The notes beneath the pieces were generated by a model. That model did not search any database. It had not been told where the DNA came from and was given only the letters and a program-made list of their open reading frames with translations. A program made the position numbers and the translations under genes. A DNA stretch of 64,000 bases from an uncultured Bacillales bacterium (lineage in GTDB: Bacteria > Bacillota_I > Bacilli_A > RF39 > UBA660), in assembly GCA_905206805.1 (NCBI GenBank), contig CAJLIR010000001.1, positions 3,198-67,197 on the forward strand, given 5' to 3'. Numbering within the stretch: position 1 is the stretch's first letter; each line of letters starts with the position of its first letter. Positions 50,797-60,529 of this stretch are shown here, in pieces.

Positions 50797-51603
50797 TCAC
50801 CTATCCAAAAAATTACAGGTTTTACATAATAATTCACACTTTTTATGATTTTTAAAACCCTCTAACATATTTATATATCTTTTAGTATTTTTTATATCAT
50901 TTATATCAGATGAAAAAATATTTCCTAAATTTATAGTTCCTTCTGAATCAAGACAACATGGTACTATAGTTCCGTCAACAAGTATACCAATGTGATCACT
51001 TAGTGCATAACAAGTACCCTTTTGATAAATCTTTTTATTATTCAAATTAGGCCATATAAATTCGTGAAAATTATTTATAAAAACATTGTCTTTTATTTTT
51101 ATGAATTTTTTGTTTTCTAAATCTTCTAATGTTATACTTAAATTATATTTTTTATTTATTAAATTTAGTATATTTATTGTATCTTTATTTTTTACCCATA
51201 ATCTAAGCGATATATATGTTTGTTTTGATAAGATATCTATACTCTCAAATATACTATTCATATATTTTTCTAATGTAATATTAAACTCATCAAATGAATG
51301 AAGTGAAATATTTAATTGTCTAATATTCTTATTGTTTTTGATCTTATTAATTAAATAACCATTTGTGGTAATATTTACAAAGAAATCTTTGCTGGCACAA
51401 TCTATATATTCATTTATTTTAGGATGTAGTAATGGTTCTCCCATAAGATGAAAATATAAATATTTAGTATGCGGTTTAATTTTATCTAATATTATATGGA
51501 ATTTTTCTTCATCTAAAAAAGCTTTTGTTCTTTTATTTTTCACACAAAAATTACAACTTAAATTACAATTATTAGTTATTTCTAAATATATTTTCTTATA
51601 CAT
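50797..51603 (-). CDS. Radical SAM enzyme with a C-terminal Cys-rich (SPASM/twitch-like) region.
   Basis: CNLSCNFC (CxxxCxxC) at residues 13-20 and a GEPLL motif. C-terminal PCCLDSEG and CELLCKTC. Only 268 aa. Confidence 0.75.
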   Translation of the reverse strand: MYKKIYLEITNNCNLSCNFCVKNKRTKAFLDEEKFHIILDKIKPHTKYLYFHLMGEPLLHPKINEYIDCASKDFFVNITTNGYLINKIKNNKNIRQLNISLHSFDEFNITLEKYMNSIFESIDILSKQTYISLRLWVKNKDTINILNLINKKYNLSITLEDLENKKFIKIKDNVFINNFHEFIWPNLNNKKIYQKGTCYALSDHIGILVDGTIVPCCLDSEGTINLGNIFSSDINDIKNTKRYINMLEGFKNHKKCELLCKTCNFLDR

Positions 51604-51626
51604 AAATCCTCATTATCTTAATTTTA

Positions 51627-52163
51627 TTAATTAACTTCTGTTATATTTAAAGTTTTAATAAAATTAATTACTTCATCTGCTTCATTATCTTTTAAATTAT
51701 TATTTATAACAGCTATATTTTCATTTATGCTAAAAAATGATATATCACTCCAATATTTAGAATTATCATAGTAACCAACATTCGCATTTTCACCATTATT
51801 TAAAACTATATCTTCAGTTTTTCTTCCAGTTCCACAAACACTAAATGGATTATTATAAACATATAACATTGCATATTGATTTTCATTATTTTTATATAGT
51901 TTTAGAGCAAATTTATAAAAATCATCTTCTAAATCAGTTTCTATTTCTTCATATTTCCAATCGCTTGGAATATTTAAGTCAATTTTAATATTATCTATTG
52001 TTTTAGAATAATTTATATTATTCTCATTACCCTTTATTATTTCATTTTTTGTATTATTTTCAATATCACCATTATTTTCATTTTTTGTTGCTTTACATCC
52101 TGTAATACTAAGCAATATAGTTATACATATTAAAGTATTTAATAACACTTTTTTCATATTCAT
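51627..52163 (-). CDS. Lipoprotein of unknown function.
   Basis: Signal peptide with lipobox LLSITG|C. Length 178 aa. Confidence 0.6.
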   Translation of the reverse strand: MNMKKVLLNTLICITILLSITGCKATKNENNGDIENNTKNEIIKGNENNINYSKTIDNIKIDLNIPSDWKYEEIETDLEDDFYKFALKLYKNNENQYAMLYVYNNPFSVCGTGRKTEDIVLNNGENANVGYYDNSKYWSDISFFSINENIAVINNNLKDNEADEVINFIKTLNITEVN

Positions 52164-52239
52164 TTCTCCTTTTTAATAAATTATTACTTAAATATATATT
52201 ATCTCATATATATGTTAAATAACATAAACTTTTATAATA

Positions 52240-53421
52240 TTAGTGTTTTAACTTCTTTTTATCCTTTATTTTTCTAAATTCTTCCATATAAATATCTCTA
52301 CCATTTTTATAATCTACTATATGTTCTTCGACAAAATAGTCTGGTTTAAAATATATAGGAATTAAATCTTGTTTCGTTACCATTGATTTAAATTCCTCCT
52401 GCGATTTTATTGCTTCAAATTTAAATTTATCTTTATTATATAAAAAATATTTTGTTGTTATTCTAAAATCAAATTTTGTATTTGGCAGTTTATATAATGC
52501 AACTAACTCACCAAAATGATTAATTGTTGACCCAATATCTTCTCCAATTGTTATAGCACCTAATTTTAGCATATCCATAAGAGCAAAAACTCCTGATGAA
52601 AATGTGTATCTATTAACAAATACGTACAAATTTAGTGTGCTTTTGCTTAATAATTCAATTAATGGTTCTATTAATAAAGAGCTTCCACCACTATTATCTC
52701 TTAAATCCAGAATAAAATTTTTTATTTCATTTTTAGCTAATTCTTTTTTCAATTGTTTAACTGAATTAATTACATCATTTTTATAAGATAATAAACAGCT
52801 ATTATATATATAGTGAATAGTATTACCTTCAACATTAAAACTACAGTTTTTATTTTTTAATTCAATACATGCTGTTATATCATTTTCACTAAAACTAAAA
52901 TTCAGTATATTGTTGTCCCAACCCTTGAATTTTAAATTTATTTCATTTTTAGTTGTTTTTATAGATGGTAAATATAGTAAGGAAAATAACTCATCAAATT
53001 CCCTTTCCAAATTTCTTTTTTTATATCCATCTGTGCTATAACAAATTGTTTTATCTATTTCACTTATAAGATTTTTATATGGTACATCATTTACTGAAAT
53101 TAATTTTGAATATAAATATTTTTTATTTTCTTCGGTGGTGTTTATTATATATAATTCATTATCCAATAATTTAAATATAAATGGAAAGAATTGACGCTTA
53201 CGTTTTACTACAGTATGTTCATCTAATACGCCATTAAGTTTTTTTATAATGCATTTTAAAAAATACAAAAAATCCAAATCATTATTTATTATATTATTTT
53301 TTAGATACTCAGCAATATAATCATTTAATTGTTCTTTGCTAAAGCAATAGTATGGAGCAACAAAATTTTCTTCATACTTCTCAATCATGAATTTTAAATC
53401 TTCAATATATTCTTTCATCAC
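52240..53421 (-). CDS. S41-family peptidase (C-terminal processing peptidase-like) with no signal peptide.
   Basis: FILDLRDNSGGSS motif typical of the S41 catalytic core. Length 393 aa. Confidence 0.6.
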   Translation of the reverse strand: MMKEYIEDLKFMIEKYEENFVAPYYCFSKEQLNDYIAEYLKNNIINNDLDFLYFLKCIIKKLNGVLDEHTVVKRKRQFFPFIFKLLDNELYIINTTEENKKYLYSKLISVNDVPYKNLISEIDKTICYSTDGYKKRNLEREFDELFSLLYLPSIKTTKNEINLKFKGWDNNILNFSFSENDITACIELKNKNCSFNVEGNTIHYIYNSCLLSYKNDVINSVKQLKKELAKNEIKNFILDLRDNSGGSSLLIEPLIELLSKSTLNLYVFVNRYTFSSGVFALMDMLKLGAITIGEDIGSTINHFGELVALYKLPNTKFDFRITTKYFLYNKDKFKFEAIKSQEEFKSMVTKQDLIPIYFKPDYFVEEHIVDYKNGRDIYMEEFRKIKDKKKLKH

Positions 53422-53515
53422 ATTTCACCTAAAATAATTATAACAAAATTCTAATAAAAAGTATCTATTATAATCAAAAATTTTATATATCATAAAAGAG
53501 TGAATAAATCACTCT

Positions 53516-54511
53516 TTAATTTTCAGCTTCTTCTAACATATTTGTAATAAATATACCATATCCTTTAGTTGGATCATCTACTACTACGTGAGTTACTGCA
53601 CCAATTATATAATCACCTTGAATAATTGGAGAACCACTCATTCCTTGAATAATTCCACCTGTTTTTTCTAATAATTCTTTATCAGTTATTTCAAACATAA
53701 GGTTTTTTGTTTTTTGATCATCGTTTGAAATTCTTAAAATATTTATAGAATATTCTTTGATATTAGAATCATTTAAAACGGTTAATATTTTTGCTTCTCC
53801 TTTTTTAATATCATTTACTTTTGCAACTTTATAAAGTTTTTTATCAGGTATAGTACTTAGATAATTTCCGAAAATACCTTGCTTTGTATTTTCAAATATA
53901 TCACCATTTACTTTATCGGTATAAAATCTAGCATTTTTTTCACCTGGATTACCATTTTCTGATTTTTGAATACTTGTTACATCAGTTTCAAATATCTTGC
54001 CGTCTTTAACTTCTAATATTTGTCCACTATTTTTTTCGATTATTTCATGTCCTAAAGCTCCAAAAAGTTTAGTTTCAGGGTCAATAAAACTTAATGTTCC
54101 AACACCTGTTATACTATCTTTTACATAAAGACCAGTTTTTATTACGTTGTTATCATCTTTATATAAAGTTAATTTGGTTTTTTTTAGGCTTTTACCTCGA
54201 ATATATCCAACTTCAATAGTATCATATTCATTATAATTGTTAATCTTTTCAACCATTTCCTGAATATTATTTACATCCTCATTTTCAATTGAAACTAATC
54301 TATCGCCAATTTGTAATTTTGCAACAGCTGATGGATCATTATTACCAATTTTATATGTTCCAACAATAATAACACCTTTACTATTAAGTTCAATCCCAAT
54401 ATTTTCTCCACCAGCTATTATATAATCTGAATAAGCTAAGGCACTACTTGGTATAATAAATAATGAAAGAAGAAAGCAAGTTAATGTTTTTTTGAGTTTT
54501 TTAAAAAACAC
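53516..54511 (-). CDS. spoIVB: SpoIVB-like S55 serine peptidase with a PDZ domain.
   Basis: Signal peptide, PDZ (KLQIGDRLVSIEN), catalytic region GALGHEI...QGMSGSPII. Confidence 0.65.
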   Translation of the reverse strand: MFFKKLKKTLTCFLLSLFIIPSSALAYSDYIIAGGENIGIELNSKGVIIVGTYKIGNNDPSAVAKLQIGDRLVSIENEDVNNIQEMVEKINNYNEYDTIEVGYIRGKSLKKTKLTLYKDDNNVIKTGLYVKDSITGVGTLSFIDPETKLFGALGHEIIEKNSGQILEVKDGKIFETDVTSIQKSENGNPGEKNARFYTDKVNGDIFENTKQGIFGNYLSTIPDKKLYKVAKVNDIKKGEAKILTVLNDSNIKEYSINILRISNDDQKTKNLMFEITDKELLEKTGGIIQGMSGSPIIQGDYIIGAVTHVVVDDPTKGYGIFITNMLEEAEN

Positions 54512-54598
54512 TTTAACATCTCCTTTTCATTCAATATAGACCACATTATTATTATGTATAGATTTATTATAGATATGAAAGTAAGTTTCTTCCAAAAA

Positions 54599-55009
54599 TT
54601 AATCATCAAAAATATTACTATTAATGTCTATAATGTCATTAAAATTAATTTTAATATTATTTTTTAATATTATTAAATTTTTTACTTCATCTACTTTAAT
54701 GACATAATCATTTATATTTTTATAAATTCCTCCATCTTTGATTTTATCTTTAATAAAATATATAAAATTAAATTTTTCTTTGTTAATATATTTTTTTATG
54801 ATATTAATTTTTTTATTTATAATATAATTTTGTTCTTCGGTTAAAATACATTTATTGCTAGTGATTCTAGATTCTTCTTCTATAGACTCAGTATAACCCG
54901 TTAAAGCACGAAAAGGGGCAAATTGAAAGGCACGATTGGAAATAGACATTTTTTTGTGATTTTTAATACCATTATATTTTATATCAATTATGTCTTCATA
55001 ATTTTTCAC
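54599..55009 (-). CDS. YolD-like protein.
   Basis: RAFQFAPFRALTGY motif characteristic of the YolD family. It is immediately downstream of, and overlapping, the Y-family polymerase gene. Confidence 0.65.
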   Translation of the reverse strand: MKNYEDIIDIKYNGIKNHKKMSISNRAFQFAPFRALTGYTESIEEESRITSNKCILTEEQNYIINKKINIIKKYINKEKFNFIYFIKDKIKDGGIYKNINDYVIKVDEVKNLIILKNNIKINFNDIIDINSNIFDD

Positions 55010-56490
55010 GCTCTATGTCCTCCTACTTCATTATTTCTTTCTATAGTTCTAGCACCATTACACAAATTCATACCTTTTAAAATTGAATTTTTACCATATT
55101 TTTTCTTAATGTCTAGTAATATATTTTGAAGTTTATTTTCTTCGATTAAAGAATTATGATTAATACTCTGCATATTTGGTTTATTATAATCAAAAAGATT
55201 TAACTGTTCTTTAATCTCTATTTTTTCTATTTCTTCATAAACTCTACTTGCACATATATTTATTCTTTTAATTAAAAGATTTTTATTTACAATTCTATCA
55301 TACAATTGTTCTATTTTTTCTAATATTATTTTAGTTGAAGATGTTTTAAAATCTAAATTTATAGTTCCATGAGTAGGTTTAGGTATTTTTCTACTATATT
55401 GATCAACTACTATTTCAAAATTATTAACATTATTAGTATTTGTTAAATTACTAATATCATAACCAATATTTAAAACTAATTGATCTGTTACTAACTTTTT
55501 TTCTACTAATTCTAGTGTTAATAATTCTGTCATTTCTAAAACAATTAATTTAGCTTTAGAATAATTATAAGGGCAGTGTAAAACCTGACCAGAACTTATA
55601 CTACTTGACTCTGGTTTATAATTTTTTATATCTATAATTGTACACGGTTCATATCCCCAAGCATGGTCTATTAATAGTTCTGCATTAACACCAAATAATT
55701 TATATAGTAAGTCTTCGTTGTCAATTGAAACTCTAGCAATATCACCCATAGTATAAATTTGATATTGTTCTAATCTTTTAGCGTATCCCTTACCTACTCT
55801 CCAAAAATCAGTAATTAGTGTATGATTCCACAACTTTTTTCTATATAAAAATTCATTTAGGTATGCTATTCTAACACCAAATTCATTAGCATTTTCGTGT
55901 TTTGCTTCTATATCCATTGCAATCTTAGCCAAATATAAATTATCGCCTATTCCAGCTGTTGCTGTTATACCAGTTGTATCATATATATCCTTAATTATTT
56001 TAGTAATTAATTCTTCATAAGAAAGATTATAAAGTTTTAAGTACGATGTTATATCACAGAAAACTTCATCAATAGAATAAACATATATATCATCCTTAGA
56101 TAAATATTTTAAATAAATACCATATATTTTAGTACTATATTCCATATATAATTTCATTCTTGGAGGAGCTATAATATAGTCTAATTCTAAGTTTTTATTT
56201 CTTTCTAATTCAATATCATTATAAGATTTAGAAGCAAAATTTTTATATGAATTGTTTTTTCTTCTATCATAATTTATTTTTTTTACTTTAGACACTACTT
56301 CAAATAATCTTGATCTACCAGATAAACCATACTTTTTTAAAGATGGGGTTATAGCTAGGCAAATTGTTTTTTCTGTCCTAGATGAATCTGCAACCACTAA
56401 ATTAGTTGTTAATGGATCAAGATTTCTTTCAACGCATTCACATGATGCATAAAAACTTTTTAAATCGATACAAGCATATACACGTTTCAT
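55006..56490 (-). CDS. Y-family DNA polymerase (UmuC/DinB/UvrX-like).
   Basis: N-terminus YACIDLKSFYASCECVERNLDP...LAITPS. Length 494 aa. A TAGACA-17-TGATATAAT promoter lies upstream. Confidence 0.85.
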   Translation of the reverse strand: MKRVYACIDLKSFYASCECVERNLDPLTTNLVVADSSRTEKTICLAITPSLKKYGLSGRSRLFEVVSKVKKINYDRRKNNSYKNFASKSYNDIELERNKNLELDYIIAPPRMKLYMEYSTKIYGIYLKYLSKDDIYVYSIDEVFCDITSYLKLYNLSYEELITKIIKDIYDTTGITATAGIGDNLYLAKIAMDIEAKHENANEFGVRIAYLNEFLYRKKLWNHTLITDFWRVGKGYAKRLEQYQIYTMGDIARVSIDNEDLLYKLFGVNAELLIDHAWGYEPCTIIDIKNYKPESSSISSGQVLHCPYNYSKAKLIVLEMTELLTLELVEKKLVTDQLVLNIGYDISNLTNTNNVNNFEIVVDQYSRKIPKPTHGTINLDFKTSSTKIILEKIEQLYDRIVNKNLLIKRINICASRVYEEIEKIEIKEQLNLFDYNKPNMQSINHNSLIEENKLQNILLDIKKKYGKNSILKGMNLCNGARTIERNNEVGGHRA

Positions 56491-56588
56491 ACATTTCACC
56501 TTGAAAATTATATCACGAATGTTTGTTTGTGTCTATTAAATAAAATAAAAAATTAGGTGGAAAAATTTACCTAATTTTTATTAAATAA

Positions 56589-56895
56589 CTATCTTAATTT
56601 TATATTACTTTCTTTTTCATTTGATAAAATATAATTATCTATGCTATCTTTTAAAATTTTTACTTTATTCATTAATTCTGCAAATAATGTCTCTTCATAT
56701 TTAAAAATTTCTTTTTCAAGTATTCGTACCTTTAATTTATTGTCATCATAAAAAATAAATAAAGTATTATCAATCCTATTTTTTTAGATTTTCCTGCTCT
56801 TCTTTATCGTAATATTTTAATATTTCTTCTAATATAATATCTTTTATTTCAACAAATGTTTCACCAAAATTAAATATTATATCAATTTCTCTCAT
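56589..56895 (-). pseudogene. Small ORF of about 104 codons, interrupted by a frameshift at an A7 homopolymer.
   Basis: An AGGAGT RBS precedes a 39-codon ORF that stops within CTAAAAAAATAG. The reading continues in the -1 frame for 66 more codons (…RIDNTLFIFYDDNKLKVRILEKEIF…). A perfect 11-bp inverted-repeat terminator lies downstream. Confidence 0.4.
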
Positions 56896-56941
56896 AACTA
56901 ACTCCTATCCTCTGATGTAATTATACAAAAAAACAATTATT

Positions 56942-57172
56942 TTAATTGTTTTCTTCTAATTTAAATTCTTCTAAAGTACCATTTTCTAATACTATTTTAT
57001 TAACTTTTTCTTCTACACTTTTTAACTCTTCATCACATTCTTTTACTAATTTCATTGCTTTAGTGTATTTTTCTATTGAGTCTTCTAATGGAATATTTCC
57101 ATTTTCTAGTTCATTAATTATTGTTTCTAATTCTGTTATTTTATCTTCAAATTTTTGCTTTTTCTCAGCCAT
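56942..57172 (-). CDS. xseB: Exodeoxyribonuclease VII small subunit.
   Basis: 76 aa, and the reading frame overlaps the xseA stop. Confidence 0.85.
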   Translation of the reverse strand: MAEKKQKFEDKITELETIINELENGNIPLEDSIEKYTKAMKLVKECDEELKSVEEKVNKIVLENGTLEEFKLEENN

Positions 57173-58442
57173 TATCTTTCACCAACTCTTCTATTTTAGT
57201 TATTACGTTACCATCAGATAATTTAATTTTTAATTTGTCAGATTTATTTAAATTATCTACACTATTTATAATAAAATCATCTTTATATACAACACTGTAT
57301 CCTCTTTTTAAAACTTTTAAGGGATTAATTAATTCTAATTTCTCTATTATATTATTTAAATCATCTCTTTTTGATTTATATAAAAGATCAGAGTTTTTTA
57401 AAATATAACTATTCTTTAAAAAATTTAATTTATCAATATTTTTATCCATTTTAATTCTTAATATATTATTTAACTTTTCTATAATAGAATCAAGTTTCTG
57501 TTTTTTATTATCATACATAATTAAAGGATTTTTAATTACGAAAGAATTTTTTAAACTATCTAAATATAATTTTTGATAATTAATTACTTTTAAAACATTT
57601 TCATTTAAACGTATTTTTAACTGTCCTATATGTTTTTTCAAATCTACTAAATTAGGTACTGCTAATTCTGCTGCTCCTGTTGGAGTTGGAGCTCTTAAAT
57701 CGGCTACAAAGTCTGCGATTGTATAATCAATTTCGTGACCAACTGCACTAATTATTGGAATACTACTCTCAAATATTGCACGTGCTACTATTTCTTCATT
57801 GAAAGGCCATAAATCTTCAATTGATCCACCACCTCTACCTACAATTAAGACATCTAAATCATAATTTTCTGCCATTTTTATATTTTTTACAATATCACTA
57901 GCTGCAGCTTCACCTTGCACCAAACTTGGAAATAAAATTACTTCACAAATTGGATATCTTCTTTTAATTGTAGATAAAATATCTTTAATTGCGGCACCAG
58001 TTTGAGCAGTTACTACACCAACTCTAGAAGGAATTTTGGGTATTTTCTTCTTAAACCTTGAATCGAATAATCCTTCTTTCGATAATTTTTCTTTTAATTG
58101 TTCAAATGCTATATATAAATTTCCAACACCATCTTCTAACATTTCATCTATATATATTTGATAGTTACCTGTTGCCTCATATATAGTAATACGTCCCTTG
58201 ACCAAAACTTTCATACCATCAATGGGTGTAAATACTATTTTCTTAGCATTAGCACTAAACATAATCGCGTTAATTTTGCTATTTTCATCTTTTATAGAAA
58301 AATATAAATGTCCTGTAGTATGAGATTTAAAATTTGATATTTCACCTTTTAAGTAAACTGTTTTTAAATGTTCATCTACATCAAATTTATACTTTAAATA
58401 TTTTGTTAGAGCGGTAACACTTAAATACTTATCATTATTCAT
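57165..58442 (-). CDS. xseA: Exodeoxyribonuclease VII large subunit.
   Basis: 425 aa with an OB-fold N-terminus followed by the catalytic domain. Confidence 0.9.
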   Translation of the reverse strand: MNNDKYLSVTALTKYLKYKFDVDEHLKTVYLKGEISNFKSHTTGHLYFSIKDENSKINAIMFSANAKKIVFTPIDGMKVLVKGRITIYEATGNYQIYIDEMLEDGVGNLYIAFEQLKEKLSKEGLFDSRFKKKIPKIPSRVGVVTAQTGAAIKDILSTIKRRYPICEVILFPSLVQGEAAASDIVKNIKMAENYDLDVLIVGRGGGSIEDLWPFNEEIVARAIFESSIPIISAVGHEIDYTIADFVADLRAPTPTGAAELAVPNLVDLKKHIGQLKIRLNENVLKVINYQKLYLDSLKNSFVIKNPLIMYDNKKQKLDSIIEKLNNILRIKMDKNIDKLNFLKNSYILKNSDLLYKSKRDDLNNIIEKLELINPLKVLKRGYSVVYKDDFIINSVDNLNKSDKLKIKLSDGNVITKIEELVKDNG

Positions 58443-58450
58443 AAATGCTC

Positions 58451-58852
58451 CTATTTGTTATGATATACTTTATCCAAAACTCCATTAATCATTTTTCTTA
58501 CGTCATCATCACTATATGCTTTAGCAAGTTCAATCGCTTCATTTATAGAAACAACTTCTGGAGTGTCAGTATATAAAAGTTCATATATACCCATTCTTAA
58601 AATAGCTTGATCAGTATTGCCAAGCCTTGAAATTGACCAGTTATTTAAATACTTGTTTGCAAGTTCATCGATTTCGTTTTTATATGTAATTACTCCATAT
58701 ACAGTATCTTTTATAAATTCATTTTCGATAGGACTTACCTCTTTAATTATATCATCAACATTATATTTCATTTTACCATTATCATATATATTTATTTGAT
58801 ATAAAATTGTCATTATTTGTTTTCTTAATTCACTTCTACTTACTTGTTCCAT
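58451..58852 (-). CDS. nusB: Transcription antitermination factor NusB.
   Basis: 133 aa, located upstream of xseA as in the Bacillus nusB...xseAB locus. Confidence 0.85.
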   Translation of the reverse strand: MEQVSRSELRKQIMTILYQINIYDNGKMKYNVDDIIKEVSPIENEFIKDTVYGVITYKNEIDELANKYLNNWSISRLGNTDQAILRMGIYELLYTDTPEVVSINEAIELAKAYSDDDVRKMINGVLDKVYHNK

Positions 58853-58907
58853 ATTATCACCACCATCATTTTATCATAAATATAAAAAATTAAATAGTAT
58901 TTTCTAT

Positions 58908-59921
58908 TTAATTTATTGTTAATGTTTCATTTATTGGTTGAATTTGTATAAATGTATTTCCATCATTAACTTTTATTTCATTACCATTTAAATCAGTATA
59001 AATGGTTTGTTCATCTCTAGCTTTTTTATTCCATTTAATAGGAATAGCATAACCACAAGTTATATAATAACCATCTCCTGTACCAATATTATTCAAATTT
59101 TGTAAATAACCATCTAAAGAATAATTTTCTACTTTTAGAACGATTATGTTTTTATAAGTATATTGATTTTTTGTTATCGCATCAACATGAGGATTACCAT
59201 TAATAAACCTTTTATAATTTTTATTTACTTCATCATAGGTATAACTAGTATTTTGACTGTATGAATAATTTATACTAACATTATATGCTTTAATACTACC
59301 ATTTTCTTTTTCTAAATTAATTAAAGTTGGACTATAATTTAATAGTGTTTTTTTGCTACTAGTCATACGATATCCTTTATTTCTTGCAACATTTAAAATA
59401 TTTTCCATACTAGTAAACGCAGTATGTTCATAAGGAACATTTAAGCTATTATCTCTAAAAAATCCAGAATCTGTAAGACCATTTACATTATTTATACCAA
59501 GTGCACTAATATCATTTTTTGCTATATCAGAATATCCAAAATGAGTATAAATAGCGTCATTTTCCAAAACATAATCTAAGTAATAATGCCTTGAACTTCT
59601 AACTGAACCAATTCTAGCTGTATTCTGATCTTTAAATACAGCCATTAATCTTGTTAATCCTCCTTCAACAACTATTTCATAAGTTATATAGGCATCTTGT
59701 AATCCAGCATGATTTGGTACTGCTAGTGGGTGATTATTGATCATTACTGCAACAGGTCTAGAATCAGACTCAGTATCTATAATACTTATTTTTTTATTTT
59801 CTTCAGGTTCAACTACTTCATCTTTAATATCATTATCATTTTTCTTTACTTCTTCATTTTTCTTACCACAACCTGTAATTAAACTTAAGAATACTAAACT
59901 ACAAATAAAATATTTTTTCAT
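58908..59921 (-). CDS. DUF3048/YerB-like lipoprotein.
   Basis: Lipobox LITG|C and conserved ...VMINNHP.ARPQ.GL..A.IVYE... pattern (PVAVMINNHPLAVPNHAGLQDAYITYE). Confidence 0.6.
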   Translation of the reverse strand: MKKYFICSLVFLSLITGCGKKNEEVKKNDNDIKDEVVEPEENKKISIIDTESDSRPVAVMINNHPLAVPNHAGLQDAYITYEIVVEGGLTRLMAVFKDQNTARIGSVRSSRHYYLDYVLENDAIYTHFGYSDIAKNDISALGINNVNGLTDSGFFRDNSLNVPYEHTAFTSMENILNVARNKGYRMTSSKKTLLNYSPTLINLEKENGSIKAYNVSINYSYSQNTSYTYDEVNKNYKRFINGNPHVDAITKNQYTYKNIIVLKVENYSLDGYLQNLNNIGTGDGYYITCGYAIPIKWNKKARDEQTIYTDLNGNEIKVNDGNTFIQIQPINETLTIN

Positions 59922-59923
59922 AA

Positions 59924-60334
59924 CTACTCCTTAATTAACTCCTCGCCATGACCATCATGGAGAGCAACAATAATATAAATGTGTAAATAAATAAACATAA
60001 CCAACAAGAAAATCCATCCGAATATAGGAATTATTAAACATAATAACCAAATATAATAGGATAAATATATTTCACTACCCTTAACTTTTAACTTAGCTGC
60101 AGTTTGACATAATATTTGAATGTGAAAAATACTAATCATTATTAAACCTGGTACTATGAAACACAAAAATCCTATAGCCCAATTTCTGCCTTTAGCATAC
60201 CAGGCGTCCTTATTATAACAATCACATAATGCGCCTAGGCAAAATACATCACTACCACCGGAAAAAAACATAAGTAATAACCATATCCACCAATTTTCTT
60301 TTTTTAAAATATTCATAATAACCATCCTATCCAT
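59924..60334 (-). CDS. Hypothetical Cys-rich membrane protein.
   Basis: A 136-aa ORF with 3-4 TM helices. Confidence 0.4.
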   Translation of the reverse strand: MDRMVIMNILKKENWWIWLLLMFFSGGSDVFCLGALCDCYNKDAWYAKGRNWAIGFLCFIVPGLIMISIFHIQILCQTAAKLKVKGSEIYLSYYIWLLCLIIPIFGWIFLLVMFIYLHIYIIVALHDGHGEELIKE

Positions 60335-60529
60335 ATATTATTTTCATATAAATTTTTTATTTTCAGTAACTAATATAAGTATATTAGAATCATCAGAAGA
60401 ACTAATTGTCCTACAATATATATTATCTAACGGTCCAAAGTTAAAAAATTATTTTCTACATCAATCAAACTATAATGTAATTTTTAAAAATATTAATCAA
60501 ATTAAAATTCTTTAAATCATCTACCATAA

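Noticed and set aside
56500-56548. LexA (Cheo) box in the Y-family polymerase promoter.
   Set aside because: CAAACAAACATTCG has at least 3 mismatches to CGAACnnnnGTTCG and is not palindromic. It is mentioned only as weak.
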